From Acidimicrobiia bacterium (lineage in GTDB: Bacteria; Actinomycetota; Acidimicrobiia; Spongiisociales; JAOTWH01), in contig JBFKDA010000001.1 in NCBI GenBank assembly GCA_041619955.1, positions 7,307 through 71,306 on the forward strand: a DNA stretch of 64,000 nt, in the 5' to 3' direction. Position numbers and translations under genes: made by a program. Below are positions 19,183-28,930 of the stretch, one piece after another. Numbering within the stretch: position 1 is the stretch's first letter; every line of letters begins with the position of its first letter. A model generated the notes under the pieces. It did no database searches. It was not told the DNA's origin and worked only from the letters and a program-made list of their open reading frames with translations.

Positions 19183-19256
19183 CGCCGTCCGCTCCACCGA
19201 TCCCGGGAGGCCCGTCGATGGGCCTCCCGGGCGCGTGTGGCGGGTAGCCTCGCCGG

Positions 19257-20228
19257 ATGCGCTTCCCGGCACGCAGCTCCCGCGGCTTCCTCGCGGCCCG
19301 CGATCACCTGGCACAGGCCGCCCGCGGCTTCCTCATGGGCTCCGCCGACGTCGTGCCCGGCGTATCGGGCGGCACCGTCGCGCTGGTGCTCGGCATCTAC
19401 GAGCGGCTCGTCACCAACATCCGGGCGGGGGCGGCGGTCCTGGGGGCGGCGGTGCAGGGACGGTTCTCCGAAGCCTGGCGACGCTTCCGAGCCGTGGAAT
19501 GGGACTTCATCCTGCCGCTGCTCGCCGGCATCGGCACCGCGCTGGTGGTGCTGGCCGCCCTGCTGGAGGGCCTGCTGGAGGACCACCCGATCGGCACTGC
19601 TGCGGTGTTCTTCGGCCTCGTGGCGGGATCGATCCCCGTCGCCTGGGCGGCGGTCGGCCGGTGGGACCCCGCCCGGGCCGTCATCTTCGCGGCGACGGCG
19701 GCCGCCACCTTCGGCCTGCTGGGCCTCCGGTCGGAGGAGGTCGCCGACCCCGCGCTCGTGGCGTTCTTCCTGGCCGGCGCGGTGGCGGTGGTGGCGATGA
19801 TCCTGCCGGGGATCTCCGGGTCGTTCATCCTGCTGATGCTGGGCATGTACGAAGGGGTGCTGGCGGCAGTCAACGACCGCGACGTGGCGATCATCGGGGC
19901 GGTCCTCGTCGGGGCGGTGGTGGGCCTGGCGTCGTTCGCCACCCTGCTCGACCGCCTCCTGCGCGGCCATCACGACACGGTGATGGCCGCCCTCGTGGGC
20001 CTGATGGCCGGCTCGCTGCGGGTGCTATGGCCGTGGCCGGACGGCACCGACACGGCCCGCCTGGCCGCGCCCGACGGGGCCGGAGGGGTCGGCGCCCTGC
20101 TCCTCGCGCTCGCCGGCTTCGCGGCCGTGCAGGCGATCGTGGCGCTGGGCCGGGCGCGGGAGCACCCGCCACCGGCCGATCCGGTCAATCAGCCGAAGCC
20201 CGCTTCAGCTCGGCCAGAGCCGCGATGA
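19257..20228 (+). CDS. DUF368 family membrane protein
   Basis: Duplicated PGVSGGT / PGISGSF motifs are typical of DUF368. Polytopic membrane protein. Confidence 0.85.
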   Translation: MRFPARSSRGFLAARDHLAQAARGFLMGSADVVPGVSGGTVALVLGIYERLVTNIRAGAAVLGAAVQGRFSEAWRRFRAVEWDFILPLLAGIGTALVVLAALLEGLLEDHPIGTAAVFFGLVAGSIPVAWAAVGRWDPARAVIFAATAAATFGLLGLRSEEVADPALVAFFLAGAVAVVAMILPGISGSFILLMLGMYEGVLAAVNDRDVAIIGAVLVGAVVGLASFATLLDRLLRGHHDTVMAALVGLMAGSLRVLWPWPDGTDTARLAAPDGAGGVGALLLALAGFAAVQAIVALGRAREHPPPADPVNQPKPASARPEPR

Positions 20229-21093
20229 AGTCGGGACGCCGGGCCGAGCCGGGCACCACGGCGATGAACCCGTCGACGCCCTGGGCGGCGTAGGCGCGCA
20301 CCCGCTCGGCCGCCGCGTCGACGGTGCCGACCAGCCCGACCTTCTCCAGGTCGCCCATCCAGTTCAGGTGGATCCTGCCGACCTCCAGCGCCGCGTCGGC
20401 CTCCTCGCGGGTTCGCCCCACCGCCACCGGGATCTGGACGGTGGTACGCACCGGCCGGCCGGCGGCGGCCTCCAACACCACTGCCCGGGCAGCCGGCAGG
20501 TCGCCGAGCAGCTGCGCGGGGCAGTTCCACACGTCGGCATGCTCGCCGGTGAAGCGGCGCATCACCTCACCGCCGGTGCCGACGACCAGCGGGGGCCTCG
20601 GCTGCTGCAGCGGCACCGGCTCGCAGTAGGCGCCGGAGAGCTGCACGTAGTCGCCGTCGTAGTCGACCGGGCCACCGGCGAACAGCAGATCGAGCGCCTC
20701 GACGACCTCGCGGAACGCGGCCACCCGCTCGCCGGGCGATGGGAACTCCCAGCCGAACGCCTCGTACTCCTCCCGGAACCAACCGGCGCCGAGCCCGAGG
20801 TCGAGCCGGCCCCCGGATGCGTGGTCGAGGGTGGCGGCCATCTTGGCGAGCAGTCCCGTGTTGCGGAACGAGACGCAGTTGACGAGGTGGCCGAGTCGGA
20901 CCCGGTCGGTCTGCCCGGCCAGCACGGCCAACGCGGTCCAGGCCTCGAACACCGGGGCGTCGTGGCCGCCGGGGGCCAGCAGATGGTCGGCCAGCCATAT
21001 GCTGTCGAGGCCGTGCTCCTCGGCGGCGGCCGCGTCGGCGGCGACGTACTTCCACTTGGTACGGAACTGCGACAGGACCAGGCCGAACTCCAC
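20185..21093 (-). CDS. LLM-class (luciferase-like) F420/flavin-dependent oxidoreductase
   Basis: FGLVLSQF N-terminus and the GxGAGW-type region (LGLGAGWFREEYEAFG). RBS GGAAGGAG before the GTG at 21093. Confidence 0.85.
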   Translation of the reverse strand: MEFGLVLSQFRTKWKYVAADAAAAEEHGLDSIWLADHLLAPGGHDAPVFEAWTALAVLAGQTDRVRLGHLVNCVSFRNTGLLAKMAATLDHASGGRLDLGLGAGWFREEYEAFGWEFPSPGERVAAFREVVEALDLLFAGGPVDYDGDYVQLSGAYCEPVPLQQPRPPLVVGTGGEVMRRFTGEHADVWNCPAQLLGDLPAARAVVLEAAAGRPVRTTVQIPVAVGRTREEADAALEVGRIHLNWMGDLEKVGLVGTVDAAAERVRAYAAQGVDGFIAVVPGSARRPDFIAALAELKRASAD

Positions 21094-21125
21094 GGCGGCT
21101 CCTTCCCGGGGCGGGGCTCGGCAGG

Positions 21126-22352
21126 CTACCGCCGCTCGGCGCGCGCCGGCTCCGCCACGTCGTCCGGCGAGCCGACCAGCAACCTGAACGCGACTGGCGA
21201 CACCACCGCCGTCACCGCCACCAACAGGATGGCGCCTGCTGCCAGTTCCGACGTCAGCAGGCCGAGGTCGACGCCGAGATCCGCCAGCGCGATCACCACG
21301 CTGAGCTGCCCGGCGAGGAGGATGCCCGCGCCGAGGGCCTCGCGCACGGCGAAGCGGCGCAGCACGAGCAGCAGGGCCGGCACCACCTTCACGATCAGCG
21401 CGACGAGGATCAACCCCACCGCGGTGCGCAGCACCACCGGGTCGTTGAGGCGGTCGACCGGGAAGCCGATGCCGACGTTGATGAAGAAGATCGGGATGAA
21501 GAACCCGAACGCGAACCCGGACAGGCGCTCCTCGAGCGTGCCGGTGTTGCGGAACACGAACGCGAACAGCGCCCCGGCGAGGAACGCGCCGAGGATCGCC
21601 TCGATGCCCAGCGCCAGCGACACCCCCACGAACACGAACATCAGCGCGAGGCTCGTCCTGATCCCCAACTCGTCGGGATCGTCCTCCGAGAACAGGCGCT
21701 TGAAGCGCTCCGGGTACCACCACGCGGTCCGGCGCACGATGACCAGCGTCAGCACCATCCCCGTGAACAGGATCGGGATCGAGGCCAGCCCGATCCCGAA
21801 GCCCTCCTCCACCCACACGCCGAGGACGACGATGCCGATCAGGCTGAGGAACTCGGCGAGCAGCGCGGTGATGAGGACGAGCTGACCGAGGTTGGTGCCG
21901 GCCTGGCGGGTGGCGCGCAGCGCCGGCACCACCAGCCCGACCGAGGCAGCCGAGATGAGCAACGTCAGGAACACCTGCTGGCTGGTCGACTCCACCGCGA
22001 GGAACCCCGTGCCGACCCACGAGACGCCGAGGATCACCACCCATAGACCAAGTCCCCACGCGATCTGCGTGACCCCCTGGCGCTCGATCCGCTCGAAGTC
22101 GACCTCGAAGCCGGCCAGGAACATCAACAGCAACAAGCCGAGCTCCGCGAGCAGCGCGATCGTCTCCTGGTCGGCGACGGCGATCAGTCCGAGCACGTCG
22201 GGCCCGATCATCGCGCCGAACAAGATCTCGAGGACGATGGCCGGCAGGCCAACTCGGCCGGCGAGCAGCGGGAGCGCAAACGCCGCGGCCCCGATCAGCA
22301 CGAACGCTGAGGCGTCGGGGAGCACCTCGGCGGCGAAGACGAACGGGTTCAT
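21126..22352 (-). CDS. Cation:proton antiporter (CPA/Kef-type Na+ or K+/H+ exchanger)
   Basis: 408 aa. About 12 TM helices. Its start overlaps the upstream TrkA/USP gene stop (ATGA). Confidence 0.85.
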   Translation of the reverse strand: MNPFVFAAEVLPDASAFVLIGAAAFALPLLAGRVGLPAIVLEILFGAMIGPDVLGLIAVADQETIALLAELGLLLLMFLAGFEVDFERIERQGVTQIAWGLGLWVVILGVSWVGTGFLAVESTSQQVFLTLLISAASVGLVVPALRATRQAGTNLGQLVLITALLAEFLSLIGIVVLGVWVEEGFGIGLASIPILFTGMVLTLVIVRRTAWWYPERFKRLFSEDDPDELGIRTSLALMFVFVGVSLALGIEAILGAFLAGALFAFVFRNTGTLEERLSGFAFGFFIPIFFINVGIGFPVDRLNDPVVLRTAVGLILVALIVKVVPALLLVLRRFAVREALGAGILLAGQLSVVIALADLGVDLGLLTSELAAGAILLVAVTAVVSPVAFRLLVGSPDDVAEPARAERR

Positions 22353-23812
22353 CGCGGGGCCGGCACCAGCAGGATGGACGAGTCGAGGCGCCGCAGCAGG
22401 TGGCCTGCCGCGGTCGGCTTCAACACCGAGGGCGTGCCGGGCGGCTCGGGCAGCACCACGAGGTCCGAGTGGGCGGCACCGCCGAGGACCTTCGACAGGA
22501 CGCCGCGGCGCACGAGGCGCTTCACCTGCACACCAACCGCGGCCGCCTCCACCCGCAGCTGCTCGGCGGCGCGCATCGCCCGGCGCAAGGTCCGCCCACC
22601 GCCGCCCTGGGGCACCGCCGCCACCGCGAGGAGGTTGACCGCGTCGGCCTCGGCGAGGTCGACGGCGGCGCGCGCGGCCGCGACCGTCCCGGGCGCGTCG
22701 ACGAGCGCCACGGCAATCCGCTCGTAGTGGTCCCGTCCCCGGGTGAACAGGACGGGCACGCCGGCGGCGCGCACCCGCCGCAAGGCCGCAGGCACCTTGA
22801 ACCGCAGGCTCAGCCGGCCACCGGCCGGCGGGGCGAGCATCACCACCCCCACCGATTCCTCGCCGGCGATCGAGATCAGCGCCTTGTCCGGAGCTCCGCG
22901 CACCGCTCGCAGCCGCACCTCGAGGCCGGGTGCCCGCTCGGCGAGGTCGTCCAGCTCGGCGGTGAGCGCCGGCGGCGGGCCCGCCTCGCCTTCCCGGTGC
23001 ACCACGAGCAGCGCCTCCACCGACGTCGAGCGAGCGAGCTGCACCGCCTCTGCCAGCCGCGCCCGGTCGTCGGCGGTGTCGAAGGCCACGACCACCTGGC
23101 GCCCGTAGTCGGCCGGGAAGCGGGCGTGGCCGCTGATGAAGCTGCGGACGATGAGCCCCCGGTCGGCGGCAGCACCGACGACCGTCACCAGGTCGCCGGT
23201 CTGGAAGCGGGTGGCGCCGTGCGGGACGACCACCCGGCCCTCGCGCAGGATCGCCGCGACCAGCCAGCGGTCGGAGCGCAGCTCCGCCAGCGACCGGCCC
23301 CGCATCGGTGAGTCGTCGGTGATGCGGAACTCCACGGCCTCGGCCTTGCCCTCGGCGAACGGCACCGACGAGACCCGGCCCGGCTCGAGGTTGATCTCCA
23401 CCCGGCGCGCGGCCAGCCGGTCGGGCGAGTACGCGAGGACCCCCAGGTCGCGGTAGTCGGCGAGCACCTCGGGGTCGTTGGCGATCGCGGCGACCCGGAC
23501 CACACCGGCATCGAGCGCGAGCCGGCACGCCTCGAGGTTGACCGCGTCGTCGCCCGAAGCGGCCACGAGGGCGTCGGCCCGGTCGAGCTGGGCCAGCCCC
23601 AGCACGACCCGGCTCGACCCGTCGCCTTCGATGGCGTCCAGGTCGCGCACCTTCTCGGCTCGCGACAGGCGCTCGCGGTCGGGGTCGATCACGGTGACCC
23701 GCCAGATGGCGCTGAGGCCGCGTAGGAGGTCCACGGTGGTCGTGCCCGCGCCGACGACGACCAGCCGGAGCCGGCGGCGGGCGCGCTCGTTGCGGGGCCC
23801 GGGCGCCGTCAC
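22349..23812 (-). CDS. TrkA-N (RCK NAD-binding) / TrkA-C / universal-stress-protein-like fusion regulator
   Basis: LVVVGAGTTTV Rossmann motif. TrkA-C segment SPMRGRSLAELR...GDLVTVVG. USP-like C-terminal domains. GTGA overlap with the upstream paralog. Confidence 0.8.
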   Translation of the reverse strand: MTAPGPRNERARRRLRLVVVGAGTTTVDLLRGLSAIWRVTVIDPDRERLSRAEKVRDLDAIEGDGSSRVVLGLAQLDRADALVAASGDDAVNLEACRLALDAGVVRVAAIANDPEVLADYRDLGVLAYSPDRLAARRVEINLEPGRVSSVPFAEGKAEAVEFRITDDSPMRGRSLAELRSDRWLVAAILREGRVVVPHGATRFQTGDLVTVVGAAADRGLIVRSFISGHARFPADYGRQVVVAFDTADDRARLAEAVQLARSTSVEALLVVHREGEAGPPPALTAELDDLAERAPGLEVRLRAVRGAPDKALISIAGEESVGVVMLAPPAGGRLSLRFKVPAALRRVRAAGVPVLFTRGRDHYERIAVALVDAPGTVAAARAAVDLAEADAVNLLAVAAVPQGGGGRTLRRAMRAAEQLRVEAAAVGVQVKRLVRRGVLSKVLGGAAHSDLVVLPEPPGTPSVLKPTAAGHLLRRLDSSILLVPAPR

Positions 23813-25266
23813 GTGCCGTCCCCGCCGTCCGCGTGCGGGGTGGGCACCAGGAGCACCGACGCCTCGGCGCTCCGGACCAGGTGGCCCACCGTCCCCAGCC
23901 GCCAGGGGGCCGGGTCGCGATCGGGCATGCCGGCCACGAGCAGGCTCCGGCGCCCGGCCAGCTCGGCCAGCGCGCGCACCGGGTTGCCCTCGCGCTCGAC
24001 GCGCCGCATCGCGACGCCGCGTACCGCGGCCTCCTCGCGGAGGCGGGCGCCGAAGCGCTCGGCGTGCTCGGCGCCGTGGGCGGCCACGAACGACGGCGGG
24101 CGCACCGCAGCCGCCACCAGGCGGGTGTTGCCTCGCGCGGCCAGGTCGACCGCGGCGGCCGCCGCCGCCCACTGCGAGGGCCGGTCGTAGAGGGAGATGA
24201 CGACGGAGTCGTATGGCTGCGTGCCGCGCGCCACGAGCAGCGGCACGTTGCGGCGCCGGGCGCGGCGGATCAGGTCGGCAGTACCCCGCCAGGGTGCCAG
24301 CAGGCCCTTTTCGGGCGGGGCAGTCACGACCACGCCGACGTGGTCGCCGGCCTGGTCGTCGAACGCCGCCTCGGCCGGGTCGGCCGCGACGATGGACCGC
24401 ACGTCGAGGCCCGGCGCCTCCCGCGCCGCCGCCAGGACCTGGTCCAGCCGCCTGGCGGCGCCGGCGCCGAGGGCACGCGGGTGGGGATGCATGATCAGGA
24501 GCTCGGGGGTGAGGCTCACCTGGGCCAGGTGCAGGGCTTCGCCCACGACCTCGGCAGCCCGCTCACCGTGAGGGTCGAGCAGCACCGCCACCGCCTGCCC
24601 GTAGTCCAGCGGGAAGCGCGCCTCGCCGGCCGTGAACGTCCGGACGATGTCCGCATAGCTGTCGGCGGGACCGACGATCGTGACGAGGTCGCCGGCCTGC
24701 AGGCGGTTCCGGCCGTGGGGGATCACGAGCTCGCCGCCGCGGAGGATCGCCACCACCAGCCAGGTCTCGGCCCGCAGCTGCGCGAGCATGCGGCCCCTGA
24801 CCGGCGAGTCGCCGGCGACCCGGAACTCCAGCGCTTCGGCCGCCCCGCCGGCGAAGCCCGCGGCCGACACCCGCCGCGGCTCGAGGGCCGTCTCGATGCG
24901 GCGGGCCGCCATGCGGTGCGGCGACCAGGCGGCCACGTCGATCTCCCGGTAGTCGGGCAGGCGCTCGGGATCGGCCGCGAGCGCAGTGATGCTGGGGACC
25001 CCGGCCTCCTTGGCGGTGCGGCACACCGCCAGGTTCGCGTCGTCGTCGCCGAGCGACGCCAGCACCGCATCGGCGTCGTCGAGACCGGCCCGCAGCAGCG
25101 TCATGGGATCGGTGACGTCGCCGTGCACCACGTCGACGTCGCGGGAGCGCTCGGCCATCTCCAGCGCCACCGGATCGGCGTCGAGCACGGCCACCTGCCA
25201 CCGGTCGCCCAGCGCGCGCAGCAGGTCGCGGGTGGCGCCGTCCACGCCAACGGCGATCAGGCGCAC
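23809..25266 (-). CDS. TrkA-N / TrkA-C / USP-like fusion regulator (paralog of 22349-23812)
   Basis: Same domain order: LIAVGVDGATRDLLRAL, SPVRGRMLAQLR...GDLVTIVG, then a USP-like tail. Confidence 0.8.
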   Translation of the reverse strand: MRLIAVGVDGATRDLLRALGDRWQVAVLDADPVALEMAERSRDVDVVHGDVTDPMTLLRAGLDDADAVLASLGDDDANLAVCRTAKEAGVPSITALAADPERLPDYREIDVAAWSPHRMAARRIETALEPRRVSAAGFAGGAAEALEFRVAGDSPVRGRMLAQLRAETWLVVAILRGGELVIPHGRNRLQAGDLVTIVGPADSYADIVRTFTAGEARFPLDYGQAVAVLLDPHGERAAEVVGEALHLAQVSLTPELLIMHPHPRALGAGAARRLDQVLAAAREAPGLDVRSIVAADPAEAAFDDQAGDHVGVVVTAPPEKGLLAPWRGTADLIRRARRRNVPLLVARGTQPYDSVVISLYDRPSQWAAAAAAVDLAARGNTRLVAAAVRPPSFVAAHGAEHAERFGARLREEAAVRGVAMRRVEREGNPVRALAELAGRRSLLVAGMPDRDPAPWRLGTVGHLVRSAEASVLLVPTPHADGGDGT

Positions 25267-25278
25267 CCGCGGGCCCGC

Positions 25279-26358
25279 TCAGACGGAGAAACGAACGAGG
25301 ATGACATCATCGTCCTGCACAACGTAGTCCCGACCTTCGACGGAAACGACACCTGCGGCCTTGGCGGCGTCCCACCCGCCGGCCGCGATCACCTCCTGGA
25401 TGCCCGCCACCTCGGCGCGGATGAACCCCCTGGCGAGGTCGGTGTGGATCTTGGCGGCCGCCTCCCGGGCCGACGCGCCGCGCCGCACCGTCCACGCGTG
25501 CGCCTCCTTCGGCCCCAGCGTGTAGAACGACTGGAGGCCCAGCGCCTCGTACGCCGCCCGCACCATCGTCGCCAGGGCCCCCTCGCCGAGGCCCAACCCC
25601 TCGAACAGCTCGGCGCGTTCAGCCGGGTCGAGGCGGGCGCCCTCCTCCTCGAGGCGGGCGGACATCGTCACCACCAGGTCGCCTGCCGGCACCGCCGCGG
25701 CCACCGCCGCTGCCTGGGCATCCGCATCGGTGGCGTCCTCCGCGACGTTGACCACCCACACCACCGGTTTCAGCGTGAGCGGGGCGAGATCGCGGAACGA
25801 CGCCAGCTCCTCCACCGACCAGCTCGCCTCGCGCAGCTGCCGGCCGTCCTCGAGCATGGCGGCCGCCTTGGCGACCGCGTCGGCGGCCGGCCGCTTGGAC
25901 GGGTCGGCGGTGGCCTCCTTGGCGATCTTGTCCTTGCGGCGGCCGAACACCTCTGCGTCGGCGAGCGCCAGCTCCAGGCCCAGCTCCTCGGCCTGGCCGG
26001 CCGGGTCGACACCGGACTCGTCGGCGGGCACGGCGGGGTCGTCGAACGAGCGCAGCACCACGGCGAGGGCCTCCATCTCGCGCAGCCGTGCCAGGAACTT
26101 GGCGCCGAGGCCGCCGCCGGCTCCCGGCTTGGCCATCGCGGGCAGGTCGAGGAGGTCGAGGGTGGCGTGGACGAGCTTCTTCGACCCTTCGACCTCAGCT
26201 GCCCGGTCGAGGTGGTCGTCGGGGACCGCAGCGACGCCGACGTTGGGCTCGGTGGTCGAGTAGGGATGGGCGGCGGTCAGCGCCTCCAGGCCGCTGAGGG
26301 CGTTGAAGAGGGTCGTCTTGCCGACGTTCGGGTAGCCGAGGATGCCGATGGTGGGCAT
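25279..26358 (-). CDS. ychF: Redox-regulated ribosome-binding ATPase YchF
   Basis: GYPNVGKTTLFNAL P-loop and the TGS-like C-terminus RDYVVQDDDVILVRFSV. Confidence 0.95.
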   Translation of the reverse strand: MPTIGILGYPNVGKTTLFNALSGLEALTAAHPYSTTEPNVGVAAVPDDHLDRAAEVEGSKKLVHATLDLLDLPAMAKPGAGGGLGAKFLARLREMEALAVVLRSFDDPAVPADESGVDPAGQAEELGLELALADAEVFGRRKDKIAKEATADPSKRPAADAVAKAAAMLEDGRQLREASWSVEELASFRDLAPLTLKPVVWVVNVAEDATDADAQAAAVAAAVPAGDLVVTMSARLEEEGARLDPAERAELFEGLGLGEGALATMVRAAYEALGLQSFYTLGPKEAHAWTVRRGASAREAAAKIHTDLARGFIRAEVAGIQEVIAAGGWDAAKAAGVVSVEGRDYVVQDDDVILVRFSV

Positions 26359-26383
26359 GGTGGGCCGGGAGCGTACTCGGCCG

Positions 26384-26437
26384 GGCTGCCTCAGCCGAGT
26401 ACGCCGGCTGTGCTGCCTCAGCCGAGCACGCCGGCTG
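26384..26437. repeat. 27-bp tandem duplication (x2, 1 mismatch) spanning the CoA-transferase stop codon
   Basis: gctgcctcagccgagtacgccggctgt / gctgcctcagccgagcacgccggctgt. It duplicates the last 7 codons plus stop (TAGVLG*) of the minus-strand gene. Confidence 0.7.
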
Positions 26438-27551
26438 TGCGCAGGCCGGCGATCTCATCGGCGGCGTAGCCCCAGTCGGCGAGCGCCTCCTCCGTGTGCT
26501 GCCCGGGCACCGGCGGCGGGCCCTGGATGGCGCCCGGGGTGCGGCTGAACCGCGGCGCAGGTGCCGGCTGCGACACCCCGCCGACGTCGACGAACGTCTT
26601 CCGAGCGGCGAGATGCGGATGGGTGGCCGCCTCGGAGAGCGGGAGGACCACCGCGGCGCATGCGTCGGTGCCTTCCAGGCGCGCGGCCCAGGTCGCCCGC
26701 GTCTCGGCGGCGAACGCCGCGCCGAGCCGGGCCCGCAGCACCGGCCACCTGGCCCGGTCGTGCTGGTGGGCGGGGTCGAAGTCGACGCCGGTGCGGGCCA
26801 GCAGCTCGGCGAAGAACTGCGGTTCGAGCGCGCCTACCGCCACGTAGCCGCCGTCGGCCGTGGCATAGGTGGCGTAGAAGGGCGCGCCGCCGTCGAGGAG
26901 GTTGGACGCCCGGTCGTCGGTCCACAACCCGGCGGCGGCCATCCCGTGGAACATCGTGGTGAGCACGGCGGCACCGTCGACCATCGCCGCGTCGATCACC
27001 TGTCCCTCGCCGCTCCGGGCCCGCTCGACGAGGGCGGCGGCGATGCCGAACGCGAGGAACAGGGCGCCACCGCCGAAGTCGCCGATCAGGTTGAGGGGCG
27101 GGGGCGGCGGCCGGTCGGCGTCGCCCATCGGGTGGAGGGCGCCCGCCACGGCGATGTAGTCGATGTCGTGCCCGGCCGACGAGGCCAGCGGCCCGTCCTG
27201 GCCCCAGCCGGTCATGCGGCCGTACACCAGCCGCGGGTTGCGGGCCAGGCAGGCGTCGGGGCCGATCCCGAGCCGCTCCGCGACGCCGGGGCGGTACCCC
27301 TCGAGGAGCACGTCGGCCCGGTCGGCGAGGCGCAGCACGACCCCCGGCCCGTCGGGGTGCTTGAGGTCGACGGTGACCGAGCGCCGGCCGCGGTTCAGGA
27401 GATCGCGGGCCGGGTCGACGGCAACCCCGGTGCCGCCCGGGCGGTCGACCCGCACGACCTCGGCGCCCAGGTCGGCCAGCAGCATCGCGCAGAACGGCCC
27501 GGGGCCGATCCCGGCGAGCTCGACCACCCTGATGCCGTGGAGGGGTCCCAT
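26418..27551 (-). CDS. CoA-transferase family III (CaiB/BaiF-type)
   Basis: [36 protein letters not shown]-terminal signature and a catalytic Asp region (GxxxD). Start could be the upstream ATG at 27578 or the ATG at 27551. Confidence 0.8.
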   Translation of the reverse strand: MGPLHGIRVVELAGIGPGPFCAMLLADLGAEVVRVDRPGGTGVAVDPARDLLNRGRRSVTVDLKHPDGPGVVLRLADRADVLLEGYRPGVAERLGIGPDACLARNPRLVYGRMTGWGQDGPLASSAGHDIDYIAVAGALHPMGDADRPPPPPLNLIGDFGGGALFLAFGIAAALVERARSGEGQVIDAAMVDGAAVLTTMFHGMAAAGLWTDDRASNLLDGGAPFYATYATADGGYVAVGALEPQFFAELLARTGVDFDPAHQHDRARWPVLRARLGAAFAAETRATWAARLEGTDACAAVVLPLSEAATHPHLAARKTFVDVGGVSQPAPAPRFSRTPGAIQGPPPVPGQHTEEALADWGYAADEIAGLRTAGVLG

Positions 27552-27589
27552 GGAGGCGGGAGGGTACTTCGGCGGCATAGGATCGGCGC

Positions 27590-28930
27590 GTGCCCCCCCA
27601 GTTCGATCCCGCCTACTACAACACCGTCGACCAGGCGTTCCACGCCGACTGGACGATCCAGAAGCTCACCCGCCAGGAGCTGACCCGGCGGGCGGTGGCC
27701 GAGCTCTGGCCTGACGGCCACCCGACCTCGCTCGTCCAGGTGGCCGGCACCAGCGGCAAGGGCTCGACGTGCCGGCTGCTCGAAGCGGCGCTGGGTACCG
27801 CGGCACCCAGCGGGGCCTACCTCAACCCGCACGTGTTCGACTACCGGGAGCGGTTCTCGATCGGCGGCGAGCCCCCGGCCCCGACAGCGGTGACTGCCGC
27901 GTGGGAGGGCACGGTGCTGCCGTACTGCGTCACCGCCAGCGCGGACCGCGGGATCGTGCACACGTTCGCCGAGGTGGGGATCCTGCTGGCCCTGACGCTG
28001 TTCGACCGGTTCGGGGTGGCCTGGGCGGCGATGGAGACTGGCCTGGGCGGCCGGTACGCCCAGCTGCGCGGGCTCGACGTGGCGGCCGGCGTGCTCACCA
28101 ACGTCGGCGACGACCACCCGGTGAGCCTCGGGACCGAGCCCTGGCAGCGGGCGCTGGACAAGGCGGGCATCGCCCGCCATGACGTCCCGCTGTTCACCTC
28201 GGAGTCCGACCCGGAGATGCTGGCGTGGATACGGGGAGTCGCCGCCGGCGCCGGGGCCGACCTCGTGGAGGTCGGCGACGGCGAGGTGGCCGCGGTCCGG
28301 GACGGGCTCGGCGATCCGGCCGCGGAGGCGCTCGCCGCCAACCCGGTGCAGCACCGCAACATCGCACTTGCGCTGGCGACCGCCCGCCACCTCGTCCCCG
28401 ACCTCGACGCCGCGGCGGCGCTCGCCGCCATGGCGGCGGTCCGCTTCACGGGCCGGCTCAGCGAGGTGGCGCCCGGCGTCTTCGCCGACATCGCGCACAA
28501 CCCGGACAAGACCGCCGCGCTCGCCGCCGAGGTCCGCCGGCGCGAGATGGCGCCGGTCCTCGTCGTGGGCCTCTCCGGGGAGCGCCGGGCGCCCGAGGTG
28601 CTCGGCCCGCTGCTCGACGTGGCGGCGGCGGCGGTCGTCGTGACGCCGCCGTACCGCGGACGCGCGGCCGAGGAGGTGGCCGGCGAGATCGCCGCGGCCG
28701 CCCCGGACCTGGCGGTCGAGGTGGTCGCCGACCCGCGCCGCGCGGTCGAGGCCGCCCGCCGGCTCGGCCCGGGGCCGGTGCTGGTGACCGGGTCCACCTA
28801 CGCCGTCGACGCGGTCCTCAACGACGATCCCTACCTCCGCCATCTCAACGCCACGATGGGGTGGCGGTTCGATACCCCGGTGTACGAGCCCGGCAAGGGC
28901 CCCGGCAGGCCCGTCTCGCCGAGCTCCTAG
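27590..28930 (+). CDS. Mur-ligase family protein, FolC-like (folylpolyglutamate/dihydrofolate synthase)
   Basis: P-loop [18 protein letters not shown] about 50 aa from the N-terminus. 446 aa. C-terminal Mur-ligase-C-like region. The FolC assignment rather than another Mur-ligase paralog is uncertain. Confidence 0.6.
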   Translation: MPPQFDPAYYNTVDQAFHADWTIQKLTRQELTRRAVAELWPDGHPTSLVQVAGTSGKGSTCRLLEAALGTAAPSGAYLNPHVFDYRERFSIGGEPPAPTAVTAAWEGTVLPYCVTASADRGIVHTFAEVGILLALTLFDRFGVAWAAMETGLGGRYAQLRGLDVAAGVLTNVGDDHPVSLGTEPWQRALDKAGIARHDVPLFTSESDPEMLAWIRGVAAGAGADLVEVGDGEVAAVRDGLGDPAAEALAANPVQHRNIALALATARHLVPDLDAAAALAAMAAVRFTGRLSEVAPGVFADIAHNPDKTAALAAEVRRREMAPVLVVGLSGERRAPEVLGPLLDVAAAAVVVTPPYRGRAAEEVAGEIAAAAPDLAVEVVADPRRAVEAARRLGPGPVLVTGSTYAVDAVLNDDPYLRHLNATMGWRFDTPVYEPGKGPGRPVSPSS

